A stretch of 64,000 nt of DNA from Octopus vulgaris (Eukaryota), in assembly GCA_951406725.2 (NCBI GenBank), contig OX597822.1, positions 84,878,001 through 84,942,000 of the forward strand, given 5' to 3'. The notes under the pieces are model-generated. The model worked only from the letters and a program-made list of their open reading frames with translations, did not search any database and had not been told where the DNA came from. Shown piece after piece: positions 39,150 through 53,036 of this stretch; position 1 is the stretch's first letter, and the number at the start of each line of letters is the position of its first letter. The position numbers and the translations under genes are program-made.

Positions 39150-39702
39150 TCAGGTCACTTTCGAGTGCTACTGGTAACATGTAACCTAGTACAACCTGTT
39201 GTATGGTCGGGTCGTCGGCGACTAAACCGGCAACCCCACCAAGCTTGCTTGGTGAGGAGGGTGTTTATTGGACACCCTGCGGGATGAAAAACAAAACTCG
39301 TCAAAGGGCGGAGGAACTCTTGAGAGTCAACGGTCATCCAATAAGTGTCTTAAGGATGTATCATGCGCGGGGTCATAGAAATAATCGGACAGAATACCCG
39401 ATCGCGCGGTTAAACCATTGGGAGTGAAGGACTCCTAGCCTTTGTTAGGGCATCCTTCTAGGAGAAGGTAACTCAGGTAACTGGGATAACTCCGATATAA
39501 AACCTGTGGCTCGGTGGTTACCGATGATGTTGACTTGTTCTTCTTTTCGGATTATGGCTGCTGTTGCTTAGTGAGTGGGATTGACTCAGTGCACAGCCTT
39601 TCCTCACTTAAAAAAAAATCTTCTTGAACAGGCATTGCACGATAACAACATTGATTAAGCTTCGTGCAATGGTCATACTCGATAACGAGGGGACAGCCAC
39701 CA
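39150..39702 (+). mobile_element. Non-coding, structured, probably RTE-derived non-autonomous retroelement within (TATG)n
   Basis: CpG-rich insert with an RTE-5'UTR-like GGGCATCCTTCTAGGAGAAGGTAACTC motif and a 3' stem-loop CATTGCACGA..TCGTGCAATG. Confidence 0.5.
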
Positions 39703-40324
39703 TGTATGCATGTATGCACGCATGCCTATATATATGTATGTATTTCATGCTAGCCTTCATATATCTCTATGTTTTGTATCAAATAATATTCGAAGAAATG
39801 ACAAAATAACGAAATAGATATTTCAACAAGTGTTATCGAAAACAAACTTCTAGTTTCAAGCGGTTCTCAGAAGAAATATAAACTCACTTCCTTTCATAAA
39901 GAAACCTCTAAATAATTAGAAAATGGAATAAAGAAATGCAAAAATAATCTTGAGAAGTGAACAAAATTTATGTTATTTTAATTTAATTTAAAATGCATTA
40001 AAATAATTCCAATAGAAATTCCGCTAAAAAAATATTTCGTTAAGCTGAGAAAATCTGTCGCTTGCGCGTTTCTCAATATAAATGTCTGTGCTGCAAGAAA
40101 ATGCATGTATTAATGAATCTATGAACATATATGTGTGTTTATGCCAACGAATACACATAGACATGTATATACAAACACACGGGTATATATACTTGTGTGC
40201 ATATATATATATATATATATACAAGTATATATATATGTATATATATGTATCTATATATATATGTATAAGTATATATATGTGTATATATATGTAATACCTA
40301 TATTCATATATATATGTATATATG

Positions 40325-40356
<32 letters not shown>

Positions 40357-40390
40357 TATATGTACAAGTATATATATATATATACAAGTA

Positions 40391-40441
<51 letters not shown>

Positions 40442-41327
40442 CATACAAACACATACACACATATATATATACACATATGTTTATATATATGTTATTTCTC
40501 AAAATACATCAGAAATGTATGTTAAAGGTAGAAATTTGGCTAAAGTGCACAATAAATCTTGGTTTTGAGCTTATGACTTAATATATGTAGACTAACTGAA
40601 GCAACACAATTCAAAGCATATATGTACGTCTGTATATACACACTCATACATATCTATATACATCTATGTATATAGGTATGTATGTATGTATGTATGTATG
40701 TATGTATGTATGTATGTATGTATGTATGTATGTATGTATGCATGCATGCATGTATGTATGTATGTATGTATGTATGTATGTATGTATGTATGTATGTATG
40801 AGTGAGTGTATGTATGCGTGTGTGTTAATTAGTGGGAGACGTGTGCTTTTGGAAACTAATTAATCTGAGGGAAAATTAATTAGAACCTTCGTCAGTCGGA
40901 TCATTAATGGAAAGAACGAATTCACTAGAAGTGCATGCGCGCTCGCGCCCACAAAGCCATTAGCAGCATCAATCGTTGGCTGAAAATGTCACAATATTCG
41001 ATGATTAACTTAGAGGGGCAGGATGCTGCCGAGAAGCATCTGTGGATGAGGAGTATCAGGACCGAGAGCGTTGAATGTATAATTATTTCTTCCAATAAAT
41101 GCTATTACAATCCAACACGGCTGCTTCTACCCTGTGTTTGATCTGCTAGGTAGAGCAACCGTGCCTCCTTCAGGTTTCATCGTAATGTTTAAAACAGAGA
41201 ACGACTCACTCATCAATGTAGTCCCTGATATTTCAGACGATCAGATGGTCCCGCTTTGAAGACCTCTCACAAGTCTGCTTGGTCACAGCTGCCGTGGAAC
41301 TAAACAGTACACACATATACACGCACG

Positions 41328-41429
<102 letters not shown>

Positions 41430-41454
41430 TAAATACATATATGTATGTATATAA

Positions 41455-41730
41455 AACTGGCACTCCATCGATACGGCTAACCGAACAGCCTGCTCGTGAA
41501 ATTAACGTGCAAGTGGCTGAGTACACAGACACGCGTACCCTTTACGTAATTCTCAGGGAGATTCCGTGAATGTGACAAGGCTGGCTCTTTGAATTACAGG
41601 TACAACTCATTTTGCCAGCAGACTGGCCTGGATCAGCGAGAAATGAAGAGTCTTGCTCAAAGACACAACGTGCCGCCAGGAATCGAACGGACAATCGTGA
41701 GTCGAATACGCTTACCTCTAAGCCACGCGC
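41455..41730 (-). mobile_element. SINE family C, full length
   Basis: GCGTGGCTTAGAGG (A box) ... GTTCGATTCC (B box) ... GTGTCTTTGAGCAAGAC conserved body. Confidence 0.85.
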
Positions 41731-41755
41731 CTTCACGTATGTCTCTCTCTATATA

Positions 41756-42660
41756 TACTAGCGGACGTACCCGGTAATTGCCGTGAAAACGGGGCTTATC
41801 TCTTGGTTTTGTTCTCAAAATTGTTTTGCTAATCCAATAACAACAGTACAAAGTATGAAGCTCTTAAAACGGTTTTTGTGCATTTACACAGATTGCCGAA
41901 CTGTTTTACACAAGATCTTGTTTTTAGGAATTCCCAATCAGTTATGAATACCCAAATAGTGAAATCAGTTATGTAAGAACATGAAATTAGTTACCCGATA
42001 GTAAGAATTCAAATGAAGTAGCCCTGAAAAGGGCTTTAATGCATTCCCAGAGTATTTAGAACATAGGAAATACTAATAAGGTATGTATACTAAAAGGTAT
42101 GTAATAACAAGGATAATAAGGTATGTATACTAATAAGGTATGTAATAACAAGGCTAATCAGACATGAGATAACAATTCAAAGTAAATAACTCTGAAAAGG
42201 GGTTTTGTGCGTTTGCAAAGGATATTACCCTCAAGGGCGCTGGTGTTGGTATAACGTGAATAAGTCACTAACCGAAATAAGTGGATCTATTGCTTAGGAA
42301 AATACTATTTACTTGTTTAAGGGTTTAAGGAAAATACTATTTACTTGTTTAAGGGTGGTACTAGATGAATTACGAAAATAACTCTAACAGTTCAACTACT
42401 AAGAAATAAGCATACTCAATTTCATTTTTAAGAAATAATTTAAGAAAATGAATGGGTTATTTCCCTCGGCTATATATAAGGATCCCTTCCAGGGGCCCTA
42501 TTATCGATATTTTTTTTAACAATCTGAGTATGGCATGAGATTTCCAGACATGAGTTCTACTCACGTGTCAAGTTTCATCAAAGTCGATAAAACGATGTAA
42601 GAGGAGTTAGCTAACAACTCCACAGACACACCAACATAATTTCCCACATATGCAGTATAT
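41756..42660 (+). mobile_element. Helentron-type non-autonomous element (DINE-1/HINE-like) with internal tandem repeats
   Basis: Starts TACTAGCGGACGTACCCGG..TTGCCG; ends AAGTTTCATCAAAGTCG..GAGGAGTTAG..ACAGACACAC..TATATAT; internal duplications at about 42076-42153 and 42294-42355. Confidence 0.7.
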
Positions 42661-43350
42661 ATATATACACACATATACATACATATATACAAGTGTATAT
42701 ATATATAAATCGCAGCCGACCCACGAACAAATAACACATATACCGTGTGTATGTGTGTTCGATTTTGTTTATATACTTCAGGCTGCTACAAATCCATATT
42801 TGAATTTTTCCCGTGTCATGTTGGTGATATGACTTGCAGCGGGACTTGTTTGGTATGCGACATTGATAAGTCAAAACAATGAGGAAACATTGATGTCTGT
42901 CGCTCCGAGCAAGGGCCTGATGTGAGTTGTATCCCTTGACTGGGACTTACTTTCAGGCGTTTTTTAACACCAGGTGCATAGAGAATATATTCCCTTACGC
43001 CTAAAAACCGCAGCCGAACGACGAACTAATAACACACCTACCTTGTGTATGTGTGTTCGAGTTTGTTTATAAACGCCGAGCTGTTTCCAGTTCATATTTG
43101 CACAGAACAAAGTGCAATAAAAATAAAACGAACCCAATATGAATTCATTTGAATGAATTTTATAGAAGTTTAACCAACTTACATTTTATGATAAAAACCA
43201 GAATACGCTCTTACGATCTGGCGTATGAAATGCGAAACCATTGAAATTTTATTTAACTGCAATGGATTTCTTTATGTATAGCGAAATAATATTGATTTTT
43301 GATGAGCTTAAATAACAGATTATATAACATAAACTTAATCGTTGGATAAA

Positions 43351-43441
43351 ATGTCCTTAAGATTTATGGAATCAATTTTATACCTGTTGGTATTTAACTC
43401 TATAAATTGGTGCCATCTGGATGCCGTTTGTACAAAGGAAG
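43351..43441 (+). CDS. Candidate first coding exon encoding a signal-peptide-like N-terminus (MSLRFMESILYLLVFNSINWCHLDAVCTKE-G)
   Basis: AAAATG start with an upstream in-frame TAA (43330), hydrophobic core, phase-1 donor AAG|GTAACT; unique sequence; no downstream exon confirmed. Confidence 0.35.
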
Positions 43442-43574
43442 GTAACTATCGCCTCAAAGCGTGAGACGTGATTAGAAATTTGAATTCGAAATCGAGGAAA
43501 GCGAAAAGGATACAAATTGTTCTATAAACAACCATAAAATTATGTACACACACACACACAAGCACACACGCATA

Positions 43575-43800
43575 TGGTGCTTTGTCCCTTGCAGGAGTGA
43601 GCAGAAAAACCATCAAAAGCAACACAGAGACATATAGGATGCCGAAAAAGCATCTTGGTGCTTCTGACTGAAAGGGGATGATCGGTGGAGTCCGAAGAAT
43701 GTCTCTTGGACGCAATCCCAGGCTTGATCCCACAGTTTGCCTGGATGAAGATGTATGTTGTAAGAACTGGGTCACCCAAGTGACTCCAGCTTACGACAGG
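43575..43800 (+). mobile_element. HERO/NeSL-like RLE LINE extreme 3' end
   Basis: RKTIKSNTE..DAEKASWCF*LKGDDRW resembles the AE.ASRWLW.KR.D.W C-terminus, followed by a short 3' UTR. Confidence 0.5.
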
Positions 43801-44753
43801 GACGATCTGCTCAAGTACTGCATCTGTAGATGTACAACAAATACACAAACGCCCCCCCTCACAAATTTTCCAAAAACGGGTTTAATTTGTTTGGTGACCA
43901 AAATTCCAAATATTGGACCGATCACTTCTGTTTCAGTTTCAAGTTTCCACACTATTTTCTTCCGAAAATATTTCATAACACAAATACAAAGCCACAGTTC
44001 TTTAACCGATTCTGAATCATTAATCGATCTCTCTATATTCTAGCGGCGAAAAATGGTGAAATAGAAAACAAGGAGAAAAGAATGCAAGGCGATTGTATGG
44101 GGAATTTAAAGACTGAAGACACGTAATTGAACACTTGGTTTCCTGAGGAGTTCTGTCGTTTTCGATTAGAATCTAAGCAAGTGTGTCGAAAGGCTTTGAG
44201 TCTTAGAACCAAATAATTAGAGACTCTAATGAAGAGAGAAATATTAATGAATTGTGCTTAATTAATAAATCACGTATACACACACACACACACACACACA
44301 GAAAGACGCGTACATATGGATATATCAACACGACAAAGGACTGGCCCCTTTATTAAATACAATCTCAACAATATATGTAATCACCCGACTCTCAAAATCA
44401 ATGAATATAAAAATTTAATTTGGAAGCAATCGATCAAAATATGAAGGCTTCACTTCTTCGAAGCACATGGTTTGCTCGTTTAGATTTTCATTTACTCTTT
44501 AGATGGACTTCAATTAATCGTGAAAATCTCGTTCATTGCTGCAAGCACGCGCGCGCACACACTAACACACAAACGCATTTATATACATATATATACTCAT
44601 AATTAAACATTTATAATTAAAGCATAATAATAGCAAGGTAATTATATTTGCAATGGGATATGGCCATATATATATACGTATAGATTCAAAAATTTACGTA
44701 TGTATGTATATGTGTCTGTATATATACCAGCATATGTATGTGTGTGTGTATGA

Positions 44754-44802
<49 letters not shown>

Positions 44803-44914
44803 CATATATATATAGATATATGTATGTATGCATATGTGTAAATATACATGAATATATATTATTTATTCAGACATTTATGTATTTGTATGTACACACATAC
44901 ACACACACTACTCT

Positions 44915-45273
44915 TTTATTTGTTTCAGTCATTGAACTGCGGCCATACTGGGGCACAGCCTTACAAATTTTAGTCAAACAAATCGATCCCACTACTTATC
45001 CTTTTTTTATTTTATCGGTTCTCTTTTGCCGAACCTCTAAATTCCAGGGACCTGTTATCAAGCGATGATGAGGATAAACACAAATACAGAGACACCCTCA
45101 GACACACACACATGAAGGTCGTCTTCCAGTTTCCATCTACCACTTCCACTCACAAGGCTTTGATCGGCCCTGGGCTATAGTAGAAATCACTTGCCAAAAG
45201 TGCTACGCATTGGGACTGAACCTGGAACCATGGTGGTTGCCAATCAAACTTACCACACAGCCACGCGTGCGCC
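44915..45273 (-). mobile_element. SINE family B
   Basis: Both modules present in reverse orientation. Confidence 0.8.
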
Positions 45274-45301
45274 TACACACAGACGCACGCACGCACACAC
45301 A

Positions 45302-45350
<49 letters not shown>

Positions 45351-45460
45351 ACATGTATGTGTATGTATATGTTCGATCCCACCTTGCAATACCTTGGACA
45401 GGTAATGTCTCTCACAAAAGACCCCAGTTGACTGATTTATCCTAAGTGGAATGTATGTGT

Positions 45461-45536
<76 letters not shown>

Positions 45537-45846
45537 GAGAGAGTGAATGAGATTAGATTCATATATGCATTTACGTTCATATCAGTCTGTCTGCCGTAGG
45601 CTAGCTATTCAAAAAAATAGTGATCGATAGAATGAATTCCAGACACGAAATAATCTAACAGGTGGGAGAATTGACTGAATGAAACTCAAGAAACTGTTAA
45701 CCTGGTACCCCGGCGGTACCCCGATTCCCCAGCGCCCTAGCACCCCCAGCTGCAGTCGACTAACTGAAAATAATTAAGAGAATATTATAAATTATATATA
45801 TTATATAATATATATATATATATATATATTATATAAAAATATATAT

Positions 45847-45892
<46 letters not shown>

Positions 45893-45894
45893 TT

Positions 45895-45941
<47 letters not shown>

Positions 45942-46177
45942 ATATGTATATAAGTATATGTCTATATGTGTATATGTGTGTGTGATGTATTTATATACAT
46001 CATTATTCATAATATATTAATTCATAATAGGTAGGTAATTATTTTCGCCACGTGCAATTGTAATAATTGTAATGTGTGTGTGTATATATATATATATACA
46101 CACACGCACGCATATATATATATATAAATATATATATGTATGTGTGTCTGTGTGCGTGTGGGTGTATGTGCGTATCT

Positions 46178-46233
<56 letters not shown>

Positions 46234-46641
46234 GCATGCATACCTCTCTGGCCATTGTCACAGTTGACTAAATCTATTTACATGCAATCCTCGTGCTTAA
46301 GTCGGTAGCAAATTAAACTGTTATTATTCCGTGTGGCACAGCGTGCAAATATATTAATACAGGGTTGCTTTTGTATTTTGGGGTGATACGTCAATAAGTA
46401 CTCATGTTGCCATACCGTCAAACACTCGTATGCAGAAGCAATTAACGAGTATTAACTAATCATAACTCTGTCGACAACGACGACGACGACAACGACGACG
46501 CCGATGACGACAGTGGTGATGGTGATGATGATGATGATAATAATAATAATAATGAGCGGACATGTATGCATGTATATATATATATGTGTATACATACATA
46601 CATACATACATACATACATACATACATACATACATACACAC

Positions 46642-46674
<33 letters not shown>

Positions 46675-46689
46675 TATATACATACATAC

Positions 46690-46985
46690 ACATACATCTG
46701 GAAAAATGTTTTAAGAATTTGTACCAAACATTGGCATTGTCAGTTACACAAACTGCAGAAAGAGGGCGCCACTGCATAGTACCAAAACCCTCAACATTGC
46801 CATCAGACTACACGACCAGGTATTGCAACAGCTTGGACTTCAAAAGCCCTCAGCTCTTCAATATCCTCCCACAATACCTGAGAGATTTACATGGAGTGGA
46901 TGCAGGTGTCTTCAAAACAAAGCTGGATCACCTCTTGTCAAGAGTTCTCGATGAACGTATCAGTAGCATCAAACTCCCTCAATCA
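46690..46985 (+). pseudogene. CR1/L2-like LINE ORF2 C-terminal remnant
   Basis: GRHCIVPK..YCNSLDFKSPQLFNILPQYLRDL..FKTKLDHLLSRVLDE. Confidence 0.75.
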
Positions 46986-47098
46986 CCAAATGTCAAACAT
47001 TAGAGGAGGTTTAGTGAAAGTGTAGCAAAGCAAACGGCGGCGACCCAGTATGGCCATATCCCGCGAGCTGAGAATAGAAAAGGAAAAAGGAATAAAAA

Positions 47099-47154
<56 letters not shown>

Positions 47155-47224
47155 CATATATATGAGGAAATAAATTGAAAGGTATAATGAATAACCACTC
47201 CAATCGGTTAAAACAACTTTACAT

Positions 47225-48215
47225 CATTCCTAGAAAAGAGGAGGAAGAGGACTGATTGGATGCGAACACAGCTTTAGAGCAGAAGAAAACAACAGCATGG
47301 TATGTACAAAATGCCACAAAACCGCTATTATTAGAAGTAAGAACGTCAGGCTTGTGTAGGATGGAAGATTGCAAAGATAAAGCACTGAGAGTGAATGAAA
47401 CTGAAAATAGGTGGATAAAGAAAAGAATGCATGTACAATTTCATAGGGATGTTGAAGATAAGACAGAGAAAAATGATGGCTATGGATGACTAAAATTGAT
47501 TTAAAACCGAAAACGGAGGCTCTAAGAACGAATTACATCAAGTACAGAATAGACAACATATCAGAAAGTGGTAAGTGCAGAATTAGTGGATAAAATGGTG
47601 AAACCGTACGGCATATTACCAGTCAATGTACGCCTTTAGCCCAGAAAGAATATAAGAGACGTCATGACAATATAGCAAGGATTGTCCGTTGGACACTTTG
47701 CAACAAGTATGGACTTGACAGAGCAAAAAAGTAGTACAAACATAAACCATAAGGCATCATTGAAAATGTTAATGCTGTTATCCTATGGGATGTGATCATG
47801 AGATAGAGAAGAGGAAACCATACATAGTGTTAATTGAGAAAGAAAGCAAACGATGCTGGATCATAGATATAACATGCCCAGCTGACACAAGGTATGCGAT
47901 AAGGAAGAAAGGTAAGTCGACAGACATGACAAGTTAGCATAGGAGGTTAAGCAGTTGTAGTCGCTGAAAAAGGTGGTAGTAGTACCAATAATTGCTGGAA
48001 TCCAGGGAACAGTGAGTAAAAATCTCGAGAAGTACGTGGAACAAATAGGGGCTGAAATAAGGGTGGAGCACTTGCAGAAAACAGCACTGCTTGGAACCGC
48101 TGGAATACTCCGGATGGTACTCGAAAAAATAAGGGGTGTTACCTTAGTTCACCGTTAGTGAACAACTGGCACCGTAGTACATCTCCAGCGTTAGAAGCTG
48201 TGCAAAGATAATACA
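47225..48215 (+). pseudogene. R4/Dong-clade LINE 3' part, decayed (copy 1 of cluster)
   Basis: LAQKEYKRRHDNIARIV; ILWD; VVVVPIIAGIQGTVSKNL..LQKTALLGTAGILR; followed by (AAT)n. Confidence 0.85.
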
Positions 48216-48228
48216 CAACAACAACAAC

Positions 48229-48324
<96 letters not shown>

Positions 48325-48325
<1 letters not shown>

Positions 48326-49578
48326 TCCTTAACTGGACACGAAATGAACTGACCAAGAAAAATAATGACAGGATCTAGGATGCATCACCCAAAATCTGAC
48401 ATAGAAAGACTATATATACAACGTATAGAAGGTGGCAGAGGCCTTATACAGCTGGAAAACTACTATAAAATAACCACCATAGGACCTCAAAAATATCTAC
48501 TTCAGAAGGAAGGAAAACTGATACAAATAGCAGCAAAACACGAGCAAAACAAAAAACTGTTCTCAGTATTTAAGGAAGCTGACAAATACAAACAAGAAAT
48601 CATACCACCTAATAAATATGAAGAACAAGAAGAAGCAGATGAAGAAACAACAAAAGCTATAAAACAAATGAAATCCAAACTAAAAATAGAACAGCAACGA
48701 AACATGATAAAACGATGGCAAGAAAAGCTCCTTCATGGTAAATACTGGACTAAACTAAACGCAAAAGAAATAGACAAAGAAAAATCCCAGCAATGGTTGA
48801 GAAGCTCAGGACTCAAAGCAGAAACAGAGGGATTTTTAATTGCAGCACAAGACCAAAGCCTCCCCACCAGAAATTACCAAAAACATGTAATGAAAAGAAA
48901 TATTACAAGTAACTACAGAATATGTGGAGATGGACAAGAAACAATAAATCATATTATCTCTAGCTGCCCAGTCCTGGCTAAGAAGGAATATATTCACAGA
49001 CATGACAGAGTTGGAACTTACATACATTGGAAGCTATGCCAACATTAGGGAATAACAACAGAAAAAAGATGGTATAGGCACACACCAGAAAAGGTCACAG
49101 AAAACGAGAAAGCAACCATACTCTGAGATATGCCGATACACACGGATAGAGAAATTAAGGCCAACAGACCAGATATAGTTGTCAGAGATCATGAAGAAAA
49201 AAAATGCTTTCTAATTGATGTATCAATACCGGCTGATGACAACGTGTCTCTAAAAGAATTGGAGAAACTCTCAAAATACAAAGACCTGGAAATAGAGGTA
49301 ACTAGAATGTGGAATCTGAAAACAGAAACAATTCCTATCATAGTAGGTGCATTAGGCATGATAAAAAAATATTCAGACAAATACATAACAAAAACACCAG
49401 GACTTACAAACACATATAACATACAGAAAATTGCACTACTAGGCACTGCACACATCCTACGCAGAACACTTTCCATACAATAACCATCAGAGCATCACAA
49501 CAAATCACAGCACATACCCAAGGCACACAGAGCTGCGCTCGGTAGTGAAGTGAAAACACGCTATAAAAATAAAACTAC

Positions 49579-49580
<2 letters not shown>
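48325..49580 (+). pseudogene. R4/Dong-clade LINE, 5'-truncated, nearly intact (copy 2)
   Basis: ORFs 48365-49048 and 49130-49483 share a frame, split by two stops; GGRGL, AAQDQSLPTRNY, zinc knuckle, RHD, RPDIVV..LIDVSIP..EKLSKY; (AAT)n on both sides. Confidence 0.92.
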
Positions 49581-49648
<68 letters not shown>

Positions 49649-49649
49649 T

Positions 49650-50045
49650 TTCAAACAAGACCTGCTACGTAACAATTATAGATAAGGAAACGCGAAGTTA
49701 CTTACTGATCGACCAATAGTGCCTGTTTGACAAAAGACAAAAAACAAAAAAGAATACAATCCTTTAAAAATTGAAATGGGAAGAATTTGGAGCATGAGAA
49801 CAGTAATGGTCGTGCCTATGATAATTGGTGCGTTGGGAACAGTAAGCAAAGATGTAGACAAGTGACTAAAGGAAATTGAACTAGAATGTCTGGTAGAGCT
49901 CCTACAGAAAGTTTGTCTCTTAGGGAGAGTAAGGATTATCAGAAGGGTTGAAAGACTACTGAAAACTTGTGAATACCTAGGTGGTAAACCCGCTATCCAT
50001 ATAATTCCTACCAGGAATAAGACCGAATCTTAGCTAAACCATAAT
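49650..50045 (+). pseudogene. R4/Dong-clade LINE short 3' end (copy 3)
   Basis: LKIEMGRIWSMRTVMVVPMIIGALGTVSK..LLQKVCLLG; ends ATAATAATAA. Confidence 0.8.
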
Positions 50046-50131
50046 AATAATGATGATGTTGATGATGATGATGTTGATAATGATGATGATGATGATGGTG
50101 GTGGTGGTGATGATGATGATGATGATGGTGG

Positions 50132-50165
<34 letters not shown>

Positions 50166-50292
50166 GGTGGTGGTGGTGGTGGTGGTGGTGATGATAATGA
50201 TGATGATGCTGATAATGATGGTGGCGGCGGTGATGATGATGATGATAATGGTGATGATGATAATGATGATGATGATGATGGTGGTGGTGGTG

Positions 50293-50348
<56 letters not shown>

Positions 50349-50427
50349 GGTGATGATGATAATGATGATGATACTGATAATGATGGTGGCGGCGGTGATG
50401 ATGATGATGAAGATGGTGATGATGATA

Positions 50428-50459
<32 letters not shown>

Positions 50460-50463
50460 GGTG

Positions 50464-50519
<56 letters not shown>

Positions 50520-50630
50520 GGTGGTGATGATGATGATGGTAATGATGATGATGATGATGATGATGGTGATGATGGTGGTGGTGATGATGATGATGGTAAT
50601 GATGATGATGATGATGATGATGGTGACGAT
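50046..50630. repeat. Compound (GAT)n/(GGT)n microsatellite with higher-order periodicity
   Basis: Variant CTGATAATGATGGTGGCGGCGG recurs about 165 bp apart (50209, 50374). Confidence 0.9.
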
Positions 50631-51104
50631 CCTTTTTTTTTATAAATCCCTTGTCTCCAGCAGTTTAACGAAGCTCTCAACAGGTTACCCAGCAGCTCAG
50701 TAGTGGTTGATAATTAAATTTCGAATTTTTTTCTTTATTTATTTATGGAACTTTAATGTTTAATTACTGGTCTTTATTATCAATCATAAATGAATAATGT
50801 TAATAAGCATAATTGCCCCTTACACTCTCCCCACATCCCACCGCCTGGTAAGCAATATGTCACACAGACCTACAGAGCTGCTGATGTAATGAAGCTTCAA
50901 TAGTGTTTACCTTCTTTTTCCTTCGGCCCACGTTTTAGTCCTACTAGAGACCAGGTTTGCGTCCCAACCCCACTGAGACCACGCAAAAAGAACAGGACTC
51001 GATTCAATCGACTTAAGGCACATTCCTTTTGAAAACGTTAGCTTTCTACCATGTAAGGAATTATTGTATTGGCAAACGCATACAGCTGTAGAAGCAGCAG
51101 TAGT

Positions 51105-51420
51105 AGTGTGACTTAGTGGTTAGTGTATCCGGCTCACGATCGTAAAGTTGTCAGTTCGATTCCTGGCCTCGCGTTATGTCCTTGAGCAAGACACTTTGTT
51201 TCACGTTGTTCCAGTTCACTCAGCTGGCAAAAATGAGTTGTACCTGTAACTCAAAGGGCCAGCTTTGTCACACTCTGTGTCGCACTGAATCTCCACGAGA
51301 ACTACGTGAAGGGTACGCGAGTCTATGGAGTGCTCAACCACTTGCACTTTAATTTCACGAGCAGGCTGTTCTGTAGATCAGAGCAACTGAAACCATGACC
51401 TTCGTAACCGACAGAGTGCT
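51105..51420 (+). mobile_element. SINE family C, full length, (GTA)n tail
   Basis: GTGTGACTTAGTGG...GTTCGATTCC...GTCCTTGAGCAAGACAC...CAGTTCACTCAGCTGGCAAAAATGAG. Confidence 0.9.
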
Positions 51421-51430
51421 GCTGGTTTTG

Positions 51431-51514
<84 letters not shown>

Positions 51515-51744
51515 ATTGCAAGTGTTGTTTTGTTTCTTAATATTTTTATTTTTTCACCATTTATTCTGTTTCTCAAGAATAATTGTAGTTTGAAATGATA
51601 ACTAGTGAAGCGGAAAGCTCTCTTTTCATGGAATATTACATAAACGGTTATAAATTCATAGGAATCTAACGTAAAGCTGAGTTTCAGCTGTGAGTAGGAA
51701 GTGCAAAGGGTTATCAGAGAAAAGATAATACTGACCAGATATAC

Positions 51745-51960
51745 CCTTTCTACTATAGACACAAGGCCTGAAATTTGGGGAAGGGGCCTAATCGAGTACA
51801 TCTAACATCAGTGCTTAACTGGTTCTGATCTTATCGACTCCGAAAGGATAAAAGGTAAAGTCGACTTGGGCGGAATTTGAACTTAGATTGCAAAAATTGA
51901 AGAAATGACGTTAAGCATTTATCCGGGGGTGGGTGTTAACGATTCTACCTGCTCGTCGCT
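51745..51960 (-). mobile_element. SINE family A, older variant
   Basis: Reverse-complement body with the AATTTCAGGCCTTGTGTCTATAGTAGAAAG tail type. Confidence 0.8.
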
Positions 51961-53020
51961 TTACACTGACCAGGTACATATAACATCATTTAAAAACGGG
52001 TTCCTCGGTTAGAAAACTGTACAGCCCTTTCAAGATATATTTAAAGCTTAGGAGATGAAGAAATAAACACACAAACATAATATAGAAATTATATAGAGTG
52101 TATCAAGTGTTATAAATGGGTATTGTAACCTTTGTTTCACTGAAAAGCTTCAAATAATTTTCCACCCAGCCCTTACTCGAAGAAAAAAAAAGAAGCAAGA
52201 AAAAATTAAAAAAAGTAAAGAACCGCTGGTACAGTCGAATAGTCAATAAGTTATCTTTTAAAACTCGACTTCCCGAGTGCGATCTCCTCATTCTATCTCC
52301 AGGAGGTATTTTCTGCAGAAGCCAGCTATTGGGTGACGGCATATGAGTGACATCTAGTTGGAAATAATGTATTTGTTCACCATTGAAGTCTGATGTCTGT
52401 TTGTGTTCGTTTGTGTTAAAATAGCGTCTTAGCCATTCGATAAACAGGGATTGATAGACTTTGAAGGCTGGGCCCCAAAATGGCTGTAATGTAATAAATG
52501 AACGCAGTAACAGAATAAAGAAAAGTGACTCATTTCCAGAATACGGTTATATTCGGCCATCGAATCTCGTGAAGATTCTAAGACGAAATTGGACTTGTTA
52601 TTATGGATCGCGTGACTGGCCTAAGGCGTTGGATTCCGTTTAAAATCTTCGGCCTTTTGAGGATTTCGGTCGGACAGACAAGGGAGGGTGCACGGAAACT
52701 TTAAGTGTTGATTTCTAATTTTGATTACCGCATTCTAACATTCTACATAAATACATACAGTCATGCAAACATACACACAAGGATTTTATGTGTATATGTA
52801 TACACTCACATAAACGTTCTTACATGCATACGTAAATACATATACACGCGATACACATACACATCTATGCATACATATATACACATATACATATATAAAT
52901 ACACACACACACATATATCACAACACACACAGCGCCATCACCACTATTAGCAAAACATAGAAGTAGGGGTCTGCTTTTGATGTTGCTTTCTGAAATATTA
53001 ATTTCCTATGGCTGATGACT

Positions 53021-53036
53021 CCACCAGGTGTCGCTA
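53021..53036 (+). promoter_or_regulatory. CTCF-like binding motif
   Basis: CCACCAGGTGTCGCTA closely matches the CTCF core CCACCAGGKGGCGC, in non-repetitive sequence. Confidence 0.5.

Noticed and set aside
46754-46773. CTCF-like GCAGAAAGAGGGCGCCAC
   Set aside because: Explained by the GRHC codons of the CR1-like LINE remnant.
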